From an uncultured Planctomycetaceae bacterium (GTDB lineage: Bacteria; Planctomycetota; Planctomycetia; Planctomycetales; Planctomycetaceae), in assembly GCA_963813715.1 (NCBI GenBank), contig CAWFAK010000014.1, positions 32,001 through 96,000 of the forward strand: 64,000 nt of DNA, read 5' to 3'. The notes below the pieces were generated by a model, which saw nothing but the letters and a program-made list of their open reading frames with translations, was not told where the DNA came from and made no database searches. The position numbers and the translations under genes are program-made. Shown piece by piece: positions 1 through 9,939 of the stretch (positions within the stretch are counted from its first letter, which is position 1; each line of letters starts with the position of its first letter).

Positions 1-991
1 CGAAGATGGCGGCAAGGATCTGAGTTTGGTTGTTGACGAGTCCGCGATGCCACGCACGCGTGTCCAGTTCGAAGAGTGACTTCAACCAGCTGTTGAAGGG
101 CTCGACCGTGCGGCTGCGCCGTCGATAGAGGCGTCGCCCGGCGGCGCTCTCGAAGTACTTCTTTCTGGCTCGTCGCAGCTCGCGGCTGTGGGCCCGCGCC
201 GCGTCGGCCCCGCAGCGCTTGGTCTTTTTGCGAGGGTAGCGGGGATTTTCGGGACACAAGAAGCGACGCCCTGTCCGCCGCCCTGCCTGATCAAATTCGA
301 TGCGCTCACCGAGGTAACCTGCGTCGTAGGCGCTATCCACTGAGACGCATTTCACTTCACGCGGTAAATGGTCAATTTTTTCCGCGAACGTTCGCACCTC
401 CGCGGCGCTCCCGGTTCCCACCGAAGCCAGCAGCGGAAACACCGTGTTTTTCCGCTTGCAAGAGACCACCACCTCGAAGCTGTAGCCGTAGACCCAGCCG
501 TGATGTTCGGAGTAGCCCCACGCCGCCTCGCGATCCACACCCCGGGGAATCTTCCCCTTTTCCTTTTCGTGCTTGTGCCACGGACGACCTCGGGCGGGAA
601 CCAGGCTCTTGTCCACCGCGACCTGGCTGGCGTCGACGATCTGCTCCGCGATCGCTTGCTGCCCTTGCCGCTTGATGGCCTCCGTAAAGAGCCGATGACA
701 GCGTCGATACCGACTGAAAAACGTGCTTCGCGAGGGAAACTGCTTTTCTCCGGTGAGGTCTCGAATCTGGCGCCGGTTCGCGCTGTCGGTTACGAAACGA
801 AATTGGGCGGACTTGGTCTTCTTTCGTTTCAGCACAGCCACCATAATCAACACTCCGACGAACCAGTCCGGAATGATCGGCTTTGCTCCCGGCCCTGTTC
901 TCGGACATTGCCGCTCGGCTTCCCTCAAAAGCGGCATCGCCAGCTTGACCAACGCTTCCAACGACGTGCCGGCCTTGGCACGAGTTCCCAT
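1..991 (-). CDS. DDE transposase (IS4/IS5/IS1182-like clan), 3' end runs off the window
   Basis: Manual translation from ATG at 991 (GGAGG upstream), MGTRAKAGTSLEALVKLAMP..., is open to base 2. It carries VAVDKSLV, WGYSEHHGWVYGY, VSVDSAYD and LYRRRSRTVEPFNSWLK (D, D, Y-2-R-3-E-like signature). Absent from the ORF track because it has no stop in the window. Confidence 0.85.
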   Translation of the reverse strand, partial: MGTRAKAGTSLEALVKLAMPLLREAERQCPRTGPGAKPIIPDWFVGVLIMVAVLKRKKTKSAQFRFVTDSANRRQIRDLTGEKQFPSRSTFFSRYRRCHRLFTEAIKRQGQQAIAEQIVDASQVAVDKSLVPARGRPWHKHEKEKGKIPRGVDREAAWGYSEHHGWVYGYSFEVVVSCKRKNTVFPLLASVGTGSAAEVRTFAEKIDHLPREVKCVSVDSAYDAGYLGERIEFDQAGRRTGRRFLCPENPRYPRKKTKRCGADAARAHSRELRRARKKYFESAAGRRLYRRRSRTVEPFNSWLKSLFELDTRAWHRGLVNNQTQILAAIF

Positions 992-1090
992 CCTTGGGCC
1001 CTCCTGCGGCGTTTAGTTTCTTCTTGGCAGAAAAAACATAAACGCCCGGAGGCCCTTGGGTTTAGCTCAATTCAATTCCCGGACACCCTC
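1..1090 (-). mobile_element. Insertion sequence, partial; terminus at 1090
   Basis: Transposase plus terminal sequence AATTCCCGGACACCCTC (1074-1090), abutting a truncated REP-like palindrome. Confidence 0.7.
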
Positions 1091-1394
1091 AAGCTCCGCT
1101 TGGGACCGCACTTCCTCGAAGCTCCGCTTCGTTCCTGCGAGTCAATCCGCTGCGTCCGTTCCCGGATTCGGCGGAAACTGATCTTGGACGAATCTCATTT
1201 TTCTGGCTCAACTTCACGACGCGGCCGTCGCGTTAGGCGTCGGGTTCCTGCACGCGACCCACCAACCCGAAGCATGAGCGAGGGCTCCGAGACCCCACCG
1301 AATTCCCGGACAGTCTCACGACGTTCGCGCGAGCATGCGGACTGTACCAAGATATGCCCACGCCGAGCCGTGAGGCATGCAACGCCGCCTTAGC
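1091..1394. repeat. Composite REP-like dispersed repeat, copy 1
   Basis: AAGCTCCGCTTGGGACC...CTTCCTCGAAGCTCCGCTTCG, then ACCAACCCGAAGC.TGAGCGAGGGCTCCGA...AATTCCCGGACAGTCTC...ATGCCCACGCCGAGCCGTG. Homologous to 4522-4680 and 7245-7505. Confidence 0.85.
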
Positions 1395-1411
1395 GGACCC
1401 TGCTGAGCGTC

Positions 1412-1449
1412 ACAAAACTGACGGGCAGCCTGCGCCGAAGCTGCCCGTC
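1412..1449 (-). terminator. Rho-independent terminator after arylsulfatase
   Basis: Hairpin GACGGGCAGC...GCTGCCCGTC followed on the minus strand by AGTTTTGT. Confidence 0.6.
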
Positions 1450-1472
1450 GTGTCGCATTGCAAAGCGCTCGT

Positions 1473-4118
1473 CTAATCGGTGGCTTTGACGAGATGCTTG
1501 TGCATCACGTTGCGGTCGCCGGCCGTCAACTGCTCAGGCCCGAGCTTGATGGTCAGCTTGGCGATCTTGCCGTTGAAGCGGAAGGGGACCTGGTAGTCCT
1601 TGTCGTCCACGGGCGTGCGGAGATCGATTCCCACGTCGAAGGTCTCGTCAATCGACATCAAGAAGGGAATCGATTTGGGCATCTTTTCATTGGCGACTTC
1701 CTGATCGTCAACTTTCAAAACGCCCGTACCGCCTTTGCCAAACCCGGGTCCGTCGTACTTGAAGTCAAACGCAATCGTGTGCTTACCCGGTGTCAGAGCC
1801 TCCTTACCTTCCCAGCGGAAGCGCGCGAGGTCCAAGCCGTTGTATAAGAAGACCGGCTTGCCTTTGAGCAGGTACAGGCCATAGCCGCCGAAGCGGCCGC
1901 CCAGTGTATTCAACATTCCTTCCCCGCCGCCTTCAGGAATTTCCACCTCGGCGGTGATGGTGTAGGACTTGTTCAGGATGCTCGGAGCGTTACCGATGGG
2001 CAGGCCGGCCGTCACACCCGAGTAAGTAAAAATAGTCCGCCCGGCGGTCGCGCTGGGGCGGGGCGTGATGATTCGCGGGAGGACCGAGTTATCCAGCGGG
2101 AACACGTTGTACTTCGCCGCCTCGACCAGGAAGAGTTCCTGCAACTCGCGAAGCTTGTCGGGATTTGTTGCCGCGAGGTCGTTGTTCTCCGAGTAGTCCT
2201 CGGCGATGTTGTAAAGCTCCCATTTGTAGCCGTTGACCACATCGGGCAGCTGGGCCGTTCCCAGCAGCCACACCGGAACCGGCGGCGGCGTGGCGGCGAT
2301 CCAGCCGTCGTGGTAGATCGCGCGGGCACCGAACATCTCGAAGTACTGCGTGTCGCGCTTCGAGGGTGCATTGGCGTTGGCCTGATCGAAGGTGTACGCC
2401 ATGCTGACGCCTTCGATTGGTTTCTGGGCGATGCCGTTGACCATCACTGGAGCCTGGATGCCCGTCGCTTCGAGGATGGTGGGCACGATGTCGATGATGT
2501 GGTGGAACTGCGAACGAATCCCGCCGACGTCCTTGATGTGGCTGGGCCACGAAATGCACATGCCCTGCCGCGTGCCGCCGAAGAATGAGGCCACCTGCTT
2601 GGTCCATTTGAAGGGCGTATCAAACGCCCACGACCAGGCCACCGACATGTGCGGATAGGTCCCGGCCGAGCCCCACGCATCGTAGAACTTCATCTGGTCG
2701 GCGATGGGGATGTCGAGGATGGCGTTGTAGGCGGTCATCTGGTTGGGAGTGCCGACCAGTGTGCCTTCGGCGCTCGTGCCGTTGTCGCCGCTGATGTAGA
2801 TGATCAGCGTATTGTCGAGTTTGCCCATGTCCTCGACGGCCTGAATCACGCGGCCGATCTCGTGGTCGGTGTAAGCCGCGTAGGCGGCGAACACTTCCGC
2901 CTGGTGGGCGAAGAGCTTCTTATTCTCGGCAGGGAGCGTGTCCCACTTCGGCAGGCTATCGGGCCAGGGGGTGAGCTGCGTCGTCGCCGGGATCACGCCC
3001 AGGCGTTTCTGATTGGCGAAGATTTGCTCCCGCATCTCGTTCCAGCCCATGTCGAACTTGCCTTTGAACTTTTCGATCCACTCTTTGGTGGGCTGGTGCG
3101 GCGAGTGGGTGCCGCCCGGAACGTAATAGAGGAAGAACGGCTTTTCCGGGGCGGACGCATTCAAGTCGTTCATGTAGTGGATGGCGTCATCGGCCATATC
3201 GGTAATCAGGTTGTAATTTGGCTTCCCGATCCACGGAAAAACCTGCGTCGTGTTCTGAAACAAGTAGGGCGTCCACTGATCGGTCTCGCCCCCCATGAAC
3301 CCGTAGAAGTAGTCGAAGCCCATGCCGACGGGCCATTGGTTGAAGGGGCCGGCCGTGCTGTATTGATAGGTGGGCGTGTTGTGATTCTTGCCAAACCACG
3401 AGGTGGCATATCCGTTCTGCTTGAGAATCGTGCCGATCGTGGCATTGTCCACGCCGATCACGGAGTCGTAACCCGGGTAGCCCGTCGACATCTCCCCGAT
3501 GACGCCAAAGCCGACGGAGTGATGATTGCGGCCCGTAATCAAGGCCGCGCGCGTCGGCGAGCAGAGAGCTGTGGAGTGGAACTGCGTGTAGCGCAGGCCT
3601 GCCTTGGCAACGCGGTCCATCGCCGGAGTCGGAACGAGGCCGCCAAAAGTACCCGTGACCCCGTAGCCCTGGTCGTCGGTCATAATCAACAGGACGTTGG
3701 GCGCGCCCTTCGGCGGGACGATCTGCGGCGGCCAGTACGGCTTGGAGTCCTTGGCGTTCAGGTTGATCACACCGCCGAACTTCATTGCAGGGTTCGGGAC
3801 GTACTTTCCGTCAATCGTGGCCGTGCCGCTTGGCGAACCCGGCGTGCCGGCCGTTTGGTCGGATGCGCCGCTTGCTTTCGTCGTATTCGAATCGGCTTGG
3901 GCCAACAGGAGCTGCCTTCGGTCTGCTTGCAGGCGACATGCTGTCGGAGTGACAGGAGATGGACTGTTGATCGCCTGTTGAGGCCCGGTATCAGCGGCGC
4001 GAGCCTGCGAATTGGGCGTCACGTGACTCGAGGCGGCCGCGTAACCGAGCGAACCGCCGATCGCCAACGCCGCAATCATCTCGACTCTGATGTTTGCTCG
4101 TCTGATGTTTGCTCGCAT
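1473..4118 (-). CDS. Arylsulfatase (secreted, Cys-type formylglycine sulfatase)
   Basis: PNVLLIMTDD, CSPTRAALITGR (CxPxR), GKNH and GDNG motifs, with an N-terminal signal-like segment. Start approximate. Confidence 0.92.
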   Translation of the reverse strand: MRANIRRANIRVEMIAALAIGGSLGYAAASSHVTPNSQARAADTGPQQAINSPSPVTPTACRLQADRRQLLLAQADSNTTKASGASDQTAGTPGSPSGTATIDGKYVPNPAMKFGGVINLNAKDSKPYWPPQIVPPKGAPNVLLIMTDDQGYGVTGTFGGLVPTPAMDRVAKAGLRYTQFHSTALCSPTRAALITGRNHHSVGFGVIGEMSTGYPGYDSVIGVDNATIGTILKQNGYATSWFGKNHNTPTYQYSTAGPFNQWPVGMGFDYFYGFMGGETDQWTPYLFQNTTQVFPWIGKPNYNLITDMADDAIHYMNDLNASAPEKPFFLYYVPGGTHSPHQPTKEWIEKFKGKFDMGWNEMREQIFANQKRLGVIPATTQLTPWPDSLPKWDTLPAENKKLFAHQAEVFAAYAAYTDHEIGRVIQAVEDMGKLDNTLIIYISGDNGTSAEGTLVGTPNQMTAYNAILDIPIADQMKFYDAWGSAGTYPHMSVAWSWAFDTPFKWTKQVASFFGGTRQGMCISWPSHIKDVGGIRSQFHHIIDIVPTILEATGIQAPVMVNGIAQKPIEGVSMAYTFDQANANAPSKRDTQYFEMFGARAIYHDGWIAATPPPVPVWLLGTAQLPDVVNGYKWELYNIAEDYSENNDLAATNPDKLRELQELFLVEAAKYNVFPLDNSVLPRIITPRPSATAGRTIFTYSGVTAGLPIGNAPSILNKSYTITAEVEIPEGGGEGMLNTLGGRFGGYGLYLLKGKPVFLYNGLDLARFRWEGKEALTPGKHTIAFDFKYDGPGFGKGGTGVLKVDDQEVANEKMPKSIPFLMSIDETFDVGIDLRTPVDDKDYQVPFRFNGKIAKLTIKLGPEQLTAGDRNVMHKHLVKATD

Positions 4119-4521
4119 GATTCTCTCCGGTTGAAGAAACGCCCGAATTCCCACCCTCTCTTGGCGCACTCCGTCACTGCGAGGGAATGCGCAATCATCG
4201 CTGGCTCATTCGATGAGCCATCCAACCGGCCCGCTCAAAGGCGAAATGCACGAAGCCGAAACATCGTCGGGATCGACCCCGCCCGCGCGACAAGAATGTC
4301 GGGGCTCAGTCAAGGAACGGTCGAATCCAGTAGCGTTGAAAGGGCAAAGAAAGGCAGTCAATGCCAAGAAAGCCCGCCGACTCATTGGCAAGCGTCTCGC
4401 AGTGTGGGCGGGTTCTGCGCGGATGTCAAGGAATTCGGGGAATCGAAGAGTTGTGAGCACCGAGTCGACGCGACGCGCCGCCCGCGATGATGCGAGAGGA
4501 TTCTGCGGCCCTCGCTTTAAG

Positions 4522-4680
4522 CCTCGGGATCATGCACGCGACACACCAACCCAAAGCGTGAGCGAGGGCTCCGAGCTCCCACCGAATTCCCGGACAGTCT
4601 CACGGCATTTGCGTGAGCATGCGAACTCACAGCAACATATGTCCACGCCGAGCCGTGCGGCATTCCACCTCGCCTTTAGC
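4522..4680. repeat. Composite REP-like dispersed repeat, copy 2
   Basis: Near-identical to 1238-1394, including AATTCCCGGACAGTCTC at 4585-4601. Confidence 0.85.
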
Positions 4681-4804
4681 TCGCAACAGTTCCACAGCCT
4701 TCTGCGCATCTCGAACTGCACAAGACGCTTGAATGGGAGAGCGCGACCGGGTGCGGTACAATCTTCAGCGGCTCGGGAAACGGTTCTGAGAGCGGAGTAA
4801 ACAG

Positions 4805-5124
4805 ATGGCGACAATCGAGAAGGGCCGCAAACTGATGACTCTCGTGAACGTCTTCACTGTGAGTCCGCATCAACAGGCCGAGCTGGCTGAAATACTCGTT
4901 GCGCAACGGAAGAGACGATGCAGCATCTACCGGGATTTATCTCCGCCAGCATCCATCGGAGCATCGACGGCACGAAGGTGATCAACTACGCCCAGTGGCG
5001 GAGCCAAGCCGATTTTTCCGCAATGAAAGAGAACCCGAAGGCACGGCCTCATATGCAAGCGGCCGCGGCGCTTGCGAGCTTCGAGCCAATTGTCTGCGAA
5101 GTCGTCGACTCAACGACAACATGA
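4805..5124 (+). CDS. Antibiotic biosynthesis monooxygenase (ABM) family protein; one apparent frameshift near 4900
   Basis: MATIEKGRKLMTLVNVFTVSP joined to MQHLPGFISASIHRSIDGTKVINYAQWRS. GGAG RBS upstream. Confidence 0.8.
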
Positions 5125-6023
5125 CCGAAACCGCTGCCAAGCAGAAGCGCCCCAACTACGGCATCGACGCGCCTACGGCGGTCCGCAACCTCATCCTCGG
5201 GGGCGCCGCCGCCCTCGTGCTGGCCGTGTTCTCGTACCTCCTCGACTGGGGGCTGACTAGGATGGCGACCGTCATCGCCGTCGGGTGGCTGGCGGTCGCC
5301 GGCTGGATGGTCTGGGACAGCAAGGTCGGCAAGCTGTGGTCGCGCGACCGCCTGCTCGACGGCCTCCACTTGCGGGGCGATGAGACCGTGCTCGACGTCG
5401 GCTGCGGCCGCGGCCTGCTCCTGATCGGCGCCGCCAAGCGCCTGACCACCGGGAAGGCCGTCGGCGTGGACATCTGGCAGACCGAGGACCTGTCCGGTAA
5501 TCGGCCGGAAGCCACGCTGGAGAACGCCCGGCTGGAGGGGGTGGCCGAGCGCGTCGAGGTCAAGGACGGCGACGCCCGCCGGCTCCCGTTCGCCGACGGC
5601 ACCTTCGACGTGATCGTCACGAAGGACGCGCTGCACAACATCTATAACGCGGCGGAGCGACGCACGGCCGTGCGCGAGATCGTGCGCGTGCTCAGGCCGG
5701 GCGGCCGGCTGTTCATCGGGGATGTCCGGCACACGGGCCAGTACATGCAGGTGCTGCGGGAGTGCGGCGTGCAGGACCTCCGACGCTCGGCGGAGTCGGT
5801 CCCCTCCCGGCTGCTCGGCGCCATCTCGCTCGGCTTCGTCTACCCGGCAAACGTGACGGCGCGAAAGCCGGCGCCGGCCGGCGGACAGGCGGATGGGGCA
5901 TTCGGCAACGACGTGAAGCGGCTGCCTGGTGGGACGAGCAAGCAAAATGCCCTTGCTGGCTTACCGGCGCATTCGAACGGCACCGTCCTCCTGGGATTCT
6001 TGGACGGCTCTCGGCTACCGTGA
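5121..6023 (+). CDS. Class I SAM-dependent methyltransferase with N-terminal membrane segments
   Basis: VLDVGCGRGLL, GVDIW, GDARRLPFADGTFDVI and RVLRPGG. ATGA overlap with the ABM gene. Confidence 0.88.
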   Translation: MTETAAKQKRPNYGIDAPTAVRNLILGGAAALVLAVFSYLLDWGLTRMATVIAVGWLAVAGWMVWDSKVGKLWSRDRLLDGLHLRGDETVLDVGCGRGLLLIGAAKRLTTGKAVGVDIWQTEDLSGNRPEATLENARLEGVAERVEVKDGDARRLPFADGTFDVIVTKDALHNIYNAAERRTAVREIVRVLRPGGRLFIGDVRHTGQYMQVLRECGVQDLRRSAESVPSRLLGAISLGFVYPANVTARKPAPAGGQADGAFGNDVKRLPGGTSKQNALAGLPAHSNGTVLLGFLDGSRLP

Positions 6024-6078
6024 GAGGCATTGCCACTGCCGGCCGCCCAGGCGGCCTCCGAGACTGGGAAGATTCAGC

Positions 6079-7083
6079 ATGTCAACCGCCCAGCCGCCCA
6101 TTGCACCTGACGATGCCGATCGAAGCACGCGGCTGATGGTTGCCGGCATGCTCGCGTGCCTCTGCGGGCTTTTTGCGGTGATGATGGCCGCGCTCGTCAT
6201 ACTCCGGTCGACGGTCGGTCCTCCGCGGGGGCACTCGACGAGTCCGCCGGTGGACATCAAATCCACCGTCTTCTTCCTCCTCGCGGCGGTGGCGTTCGTC
6301 TGGCTCGGAATCGGTTTGGCCAAGGCCAGGCGATGGGCCTGGACATTGACCGTCGTTTTGTCATGGATGTGGCTGATTTTCGGAGCGCTTGGGTTTGCCA
6401 CAGTCATGTTTTTCATGAGTCAAATGAAAGACGAGGCCGTCGTCCAGCACGGTGAGACGAAAGTCGCGTCGTCGGGAGCGATGACGGCAGCCATGATCGG
6501 CGTCGGCGTGTTTGGAGCCTGCATTGCTGTCCTGATGCCGGTGGTGTTTCTCATGCTTTGCCACAGCAAGTCGGTCCGCGCGACCTGTTGGAAAAGAGAT
6601 CCAAGGCCCCGCTGGACCGACCGCTGTCCGATGCCGGTGCTTGCCCTGACCATTTTTCTTGCATCCTCGATCTGGTCGATGCTCTGGCTCATGGCGTACA
6701 AGCGGATCCCGATGTTCGGGATGCTCGTCTCCGGGGCGTCAGGCGCGGCGCTGATCGTGGTCATTGTCCTGGTGCTGGGCTGGCTTGCATGGGGCACTTA
6801 TCGCCTAAAGATGGCCGCGTGGTGGGGAACGCTGTTGGTTGGGATCGTGAGTGCTTTGAACGTGGTGGTCACGCATTGGCATGCGGATCTGGCGAAGATG
6901 TATGAAAAGATGGGCATGCCCGCCGATCGGTTGGACCTCATCCAAAAGACGGGCATCCTCGACGCCACGTCTTTCTGGGCGCCCAGGATCGGCCTGGTGG
7001 TCGGTGCGGCGTGGGTGGGCTACCTGATTTTCGTACGCCGCTACTTTGTCCGGAGCCATGAGGAAAGAACAGCCATATCATGA
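6079..7083 (+). CDS. Hypothetical polytopic membrane protein
   Basis: 334-aa ORF with about 8 hydrophobic segments. Confidence 0.7.
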   Translation: MSTAQPPIAPDDADRSTRLMVAGMLACLCGLFAVMMAALVILRSTVGPPRGHSTSPPVDIKSTVFFLLAAVAFVWLGIGLAKARRWAWTLTVVLSWMWLIFGALGFATVMFFMSQMKDEAVVQHGETKVASSGAMTAAMIGVGVFGACIAVLMPVVFLMLCHSKSVRATCWKRDPRPRWTDRCPMPVLALTIFLASSIWSMLWLMAYKRIPMFGMLVSGASGAALIVVIVLVLGWLAWGTYRLKMAAWWGTLLVGIVSALNVVVTHWHADLAKMYEKMGMPADRLDLIQKTGILDATSFWAPRIGLVVGAAWVGYLIFVRRYFVRSHEERTAIS

Positions 7084-7244
7084 CGGACTCCTGCGGCCAG
7101 CCGGCAAATCTCATCCGTTGACGTCGCATCAAACCACCGATTTCTCGGAAGCCAACCGAGGTCCAAAGTCGGCCGCCTTGCGCGCGTCGGTCACTTCGAC
7201 CGAAGCGTGGAAGAGGGGTCAAACGCCGCCCCAGGTTCTTATCG

Positions 7245-7505
7245 CGGATTCCGCGGAAACTGATCTTTCCTCGGTCCCAAGCTCCGCTTGAGGCCGTACT
7301 TCCTCGAAGCTCCGCTTCGTTCACGTGAGTCAAATCCGCGGCGCCAGAGATCCCCGTCGGGTTTCATGCACTCAACCCACCAACGCGAAGCGTGAGCGAG
7401 GGCTCCGAATCCCACCGAAGTCCCGGTCAGTTTCACGGCTTTCGCGTGAGCATGCGAACTTCAGCAGGATCTGCCCACGCCGAGCCGCGGAGCATGCCAC
7501 CGCGC
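7245..7505. repeat. Composite REP-like dispersed repeat, copy 3 (keeps the left arm CTCGGTCCCAAGCTCCGCTT)
   Basis: Homologous to 1091-1394, with a degenerate terminal motif at 7418-7434. Confidence 0.8.
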
Positions 7506-7566
7506 CCCCGACAGGTCGAGAGTGGGCGAGATGAATGCGGGAAGCCTGCCCCCGCGTGCTGAAACT

Positions 7567-9667
7567 TTACGGCTGAGCCGGCGGACCGATCAGCGGCGTG
7601 CGCACTGGCTTGGCCACGCCATAGAAGACCACGACACCCTGGCCGGCGCCGAGAGTGGAGAGCGGCTCGGCGACTTGACCAAGGGCGGCCTTGTAGTCCT
7701 GCCAGTTGTTGGAGACCCACACATTGCCAGCTGGATCAATGTCGATATCCACCTGCATTTGCAATCCGCCGCCGACATAGCCGCCCGGCGGCGAGATGGC
7801 ATCGCCCGGATTCATGCCCGGAGGATTTTTATCGGTCTGGAAACCGCACAGTTCCACAATGCCGGCTGAAGAGGTGCTGAAGTTGGAGATCCAGACATGA
7901 TCGTCGCCGTCCACGGCCACAGCCCACGGTCCTGTCAGCCCCTTGCCAGACACGGGCGAGAAGGACGCTTGCCTGCCATCCGGGCGTAGGACGGAGACAC
8001 TGCCGCCTTCCCAGTAGCCTGAGGTCTGCGCCGCCATCGCGGGAATCAACACCTTAGTGAGCCGATCAGCCGGGTCGGGATCGCCGTCTAAGTTCACTTT
8101 GAAAGCCGCCAGCATTTCATAGAGCTTGAGGCGACCGCGCTCGGAGCTGCCTAATCGGTTGGAGACCCAGACGTTGCCCTGACTGTCAACGGCCAGGCCA
8201 CTGGGACTAAATCCCACATCGAAGGTTTCCACCTTGGTCGGATCGGCGGCCGAAAAGCGCGTCACCCAATGGCCCCCGGCGTTCGTGACCCAAATGCGGT
8301 CCTGTTGATCAATTGCGAGATGAAACGGGGCCATCAGCTTGTAGGGGTTTCGTAGCGGATCGCCGGTCGGGTTTTGCATGAGCAACTCGCCCTTGGCGGG
8401 GTCGCCCTTGGGGAATCGCACGACCTGCATTTGGGTCGCGTCAAGCGCCCAGATGTCGCCGTTGGGCGCGGCGATGATGCCCTGCATCTTGCCGAGCTGG
8501 CCGTTGAAGGTGTAGCCCGTGGGTGGCGAGAGTGGTTTGCCGGAATTGCTCGAATTTGGAAATCCCCGCGCCTGTGAAGCTCGAGACCCACACATTGTCA
8601 TCCGCATCGAGAGTGAGCCCGAAGCCGGGCCCCATCAGCCCGCCACCGGTAAAGCCTGAGGTCATCGGCGACAGCGGTTGGCCATTCGGGGCGAACTTCG
8701 TGATGTTGCCCGACCAGAGGATGGACTGGTTCTGGGCGCCGACTAGGAAATTGTCGGCCGCCCAGCAATTGCCTTGGCCATCAATCATCAGCTTGCCGGG
8801 AGCACTCAGCCCGCCACCGGTGAACTTGAGCGGCAACACCCACGCGCTCGGAGGAAAATTCAGGTAAGGCTGAAACGGCGCTGGCCGCAGAAACTTGCCC
8901 TGTGGGATGGGATAGAAGGCAGCCAACAATTCGAAAACCATTGCCGGCTGATGCCAAGGATTGTGAGCGATCATCTCCGCCGCCGTCAGCGTGTCAGTCG
9001 GAACATTGCCGGCCGGGTCCGTCGCAGCCGCAAAGAAACGACTGCACGCATCTGGTGTCACCTGTGTGATGCAACCGGCCAGCACGTCGGCCAGTGTCGC
9101 GAAGTTTGCCATCGTCGGTGTCTGCGCACTGTTCAGCGCGTCCTGAATGGCGCCGCCATAACCGCCCGTCTCGATGTCGACGAAGTTGGCCACGTTGCCG
9201 GCGGCGATGCGCAGGCCGAGCTGCTTTCCGCTCAACACCTCGCCCTTGAGGAATTGCGCACAGGTCCAGACCGACGCCACCGTGGTGAATTCATTGACGG
9301 TGACTTTTCTCGGAACCGATGTCCCAAGCACCGTCAGGAGCGCAATGGTGTCACTGGCGCCTTTGTTCACGGCGGCTTTCGGGGTGCCGCCCTTGGCGAT
9401 CACGTATAGCACGCTATCCGCCGGGGCTGGTTTGGCACTCAGTTTGAAAGCACCGTCGGCGTCCGATTTCCCTTGGGCCAGTTCCTGCGGAGCGCCGGTG
9501 CTTGCCGCGTAAAGCGTCACGGTCGATCCGGCGATAGGACTGCCGGCGCCCTGGACGTTTCCCACGATCTCAGCGGCAATCGCCCGAACATCCAACAACA
9601 AGAACGCAGTCACGGCCGCCAGCACAGCTAGGCCACGAGCGGGCATTGCGTGCATCACTTTGCTCAT
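7567..9667 (-). CDS. Secreted NHL/beta-propeller repeat protein; frameshift near 8555
   Basis: Signal peptide and repeated LAIDxxGNVWVxN motifs across ORFs 8441-9895 and 7567-8607. Confidence 0.75.
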
Positions 9668-9794
9668 GTTTCGTTCTCTTCGTCTCTGCGACTCGTGAAT
9701 CCGTCTGAGACTTGTGAATCCTTCCGACCAAGGGGTGCTATTTTCGGCTCGACGGTCCATCGTTGTCCAGCAGCGCAGCCCGCTTTTCGGCCAC

Positions 9795-9867
9795 TCACGG
9801 CCTCGGGACGTTCGCGTAAGCATGCAACGTGAAGCCAGACATGCCCACGCCGAGCCGTGGGGTATGC
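9795..9867. repeat. Partial REP-like repeat
   Basis: TTCGCGTAAGCATGC...ATGCCCACGCCGAGCCGTGG matches the 3' half of the composite repeat. Confidence 0.6.
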
Positions 9868-9939
9868 GGGAATGTCCTGGCGGCGACGGAGGCAAGGTCG
9901 ATTCCGCCTGAAAAGCTGCGCCGCGGCCGCAGCCGAGGG

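Noticed and set aside
368..1393. 341-aa plus-strand ORF and other long antisense ORFs (e.g. 2649-4490, 29975-31519, 42944-44554, 59675-61162)
   Set aside because: These are shadow frames of real genes on the opposite strand in high-GC DNA, with no recognisable motifs.
4086..4115. 15-bp tandem duplication at the sulfatase start (RANIR x2)
   Set aside because: Only two units in a signal-peptide n-region; no evidence for phase variation.
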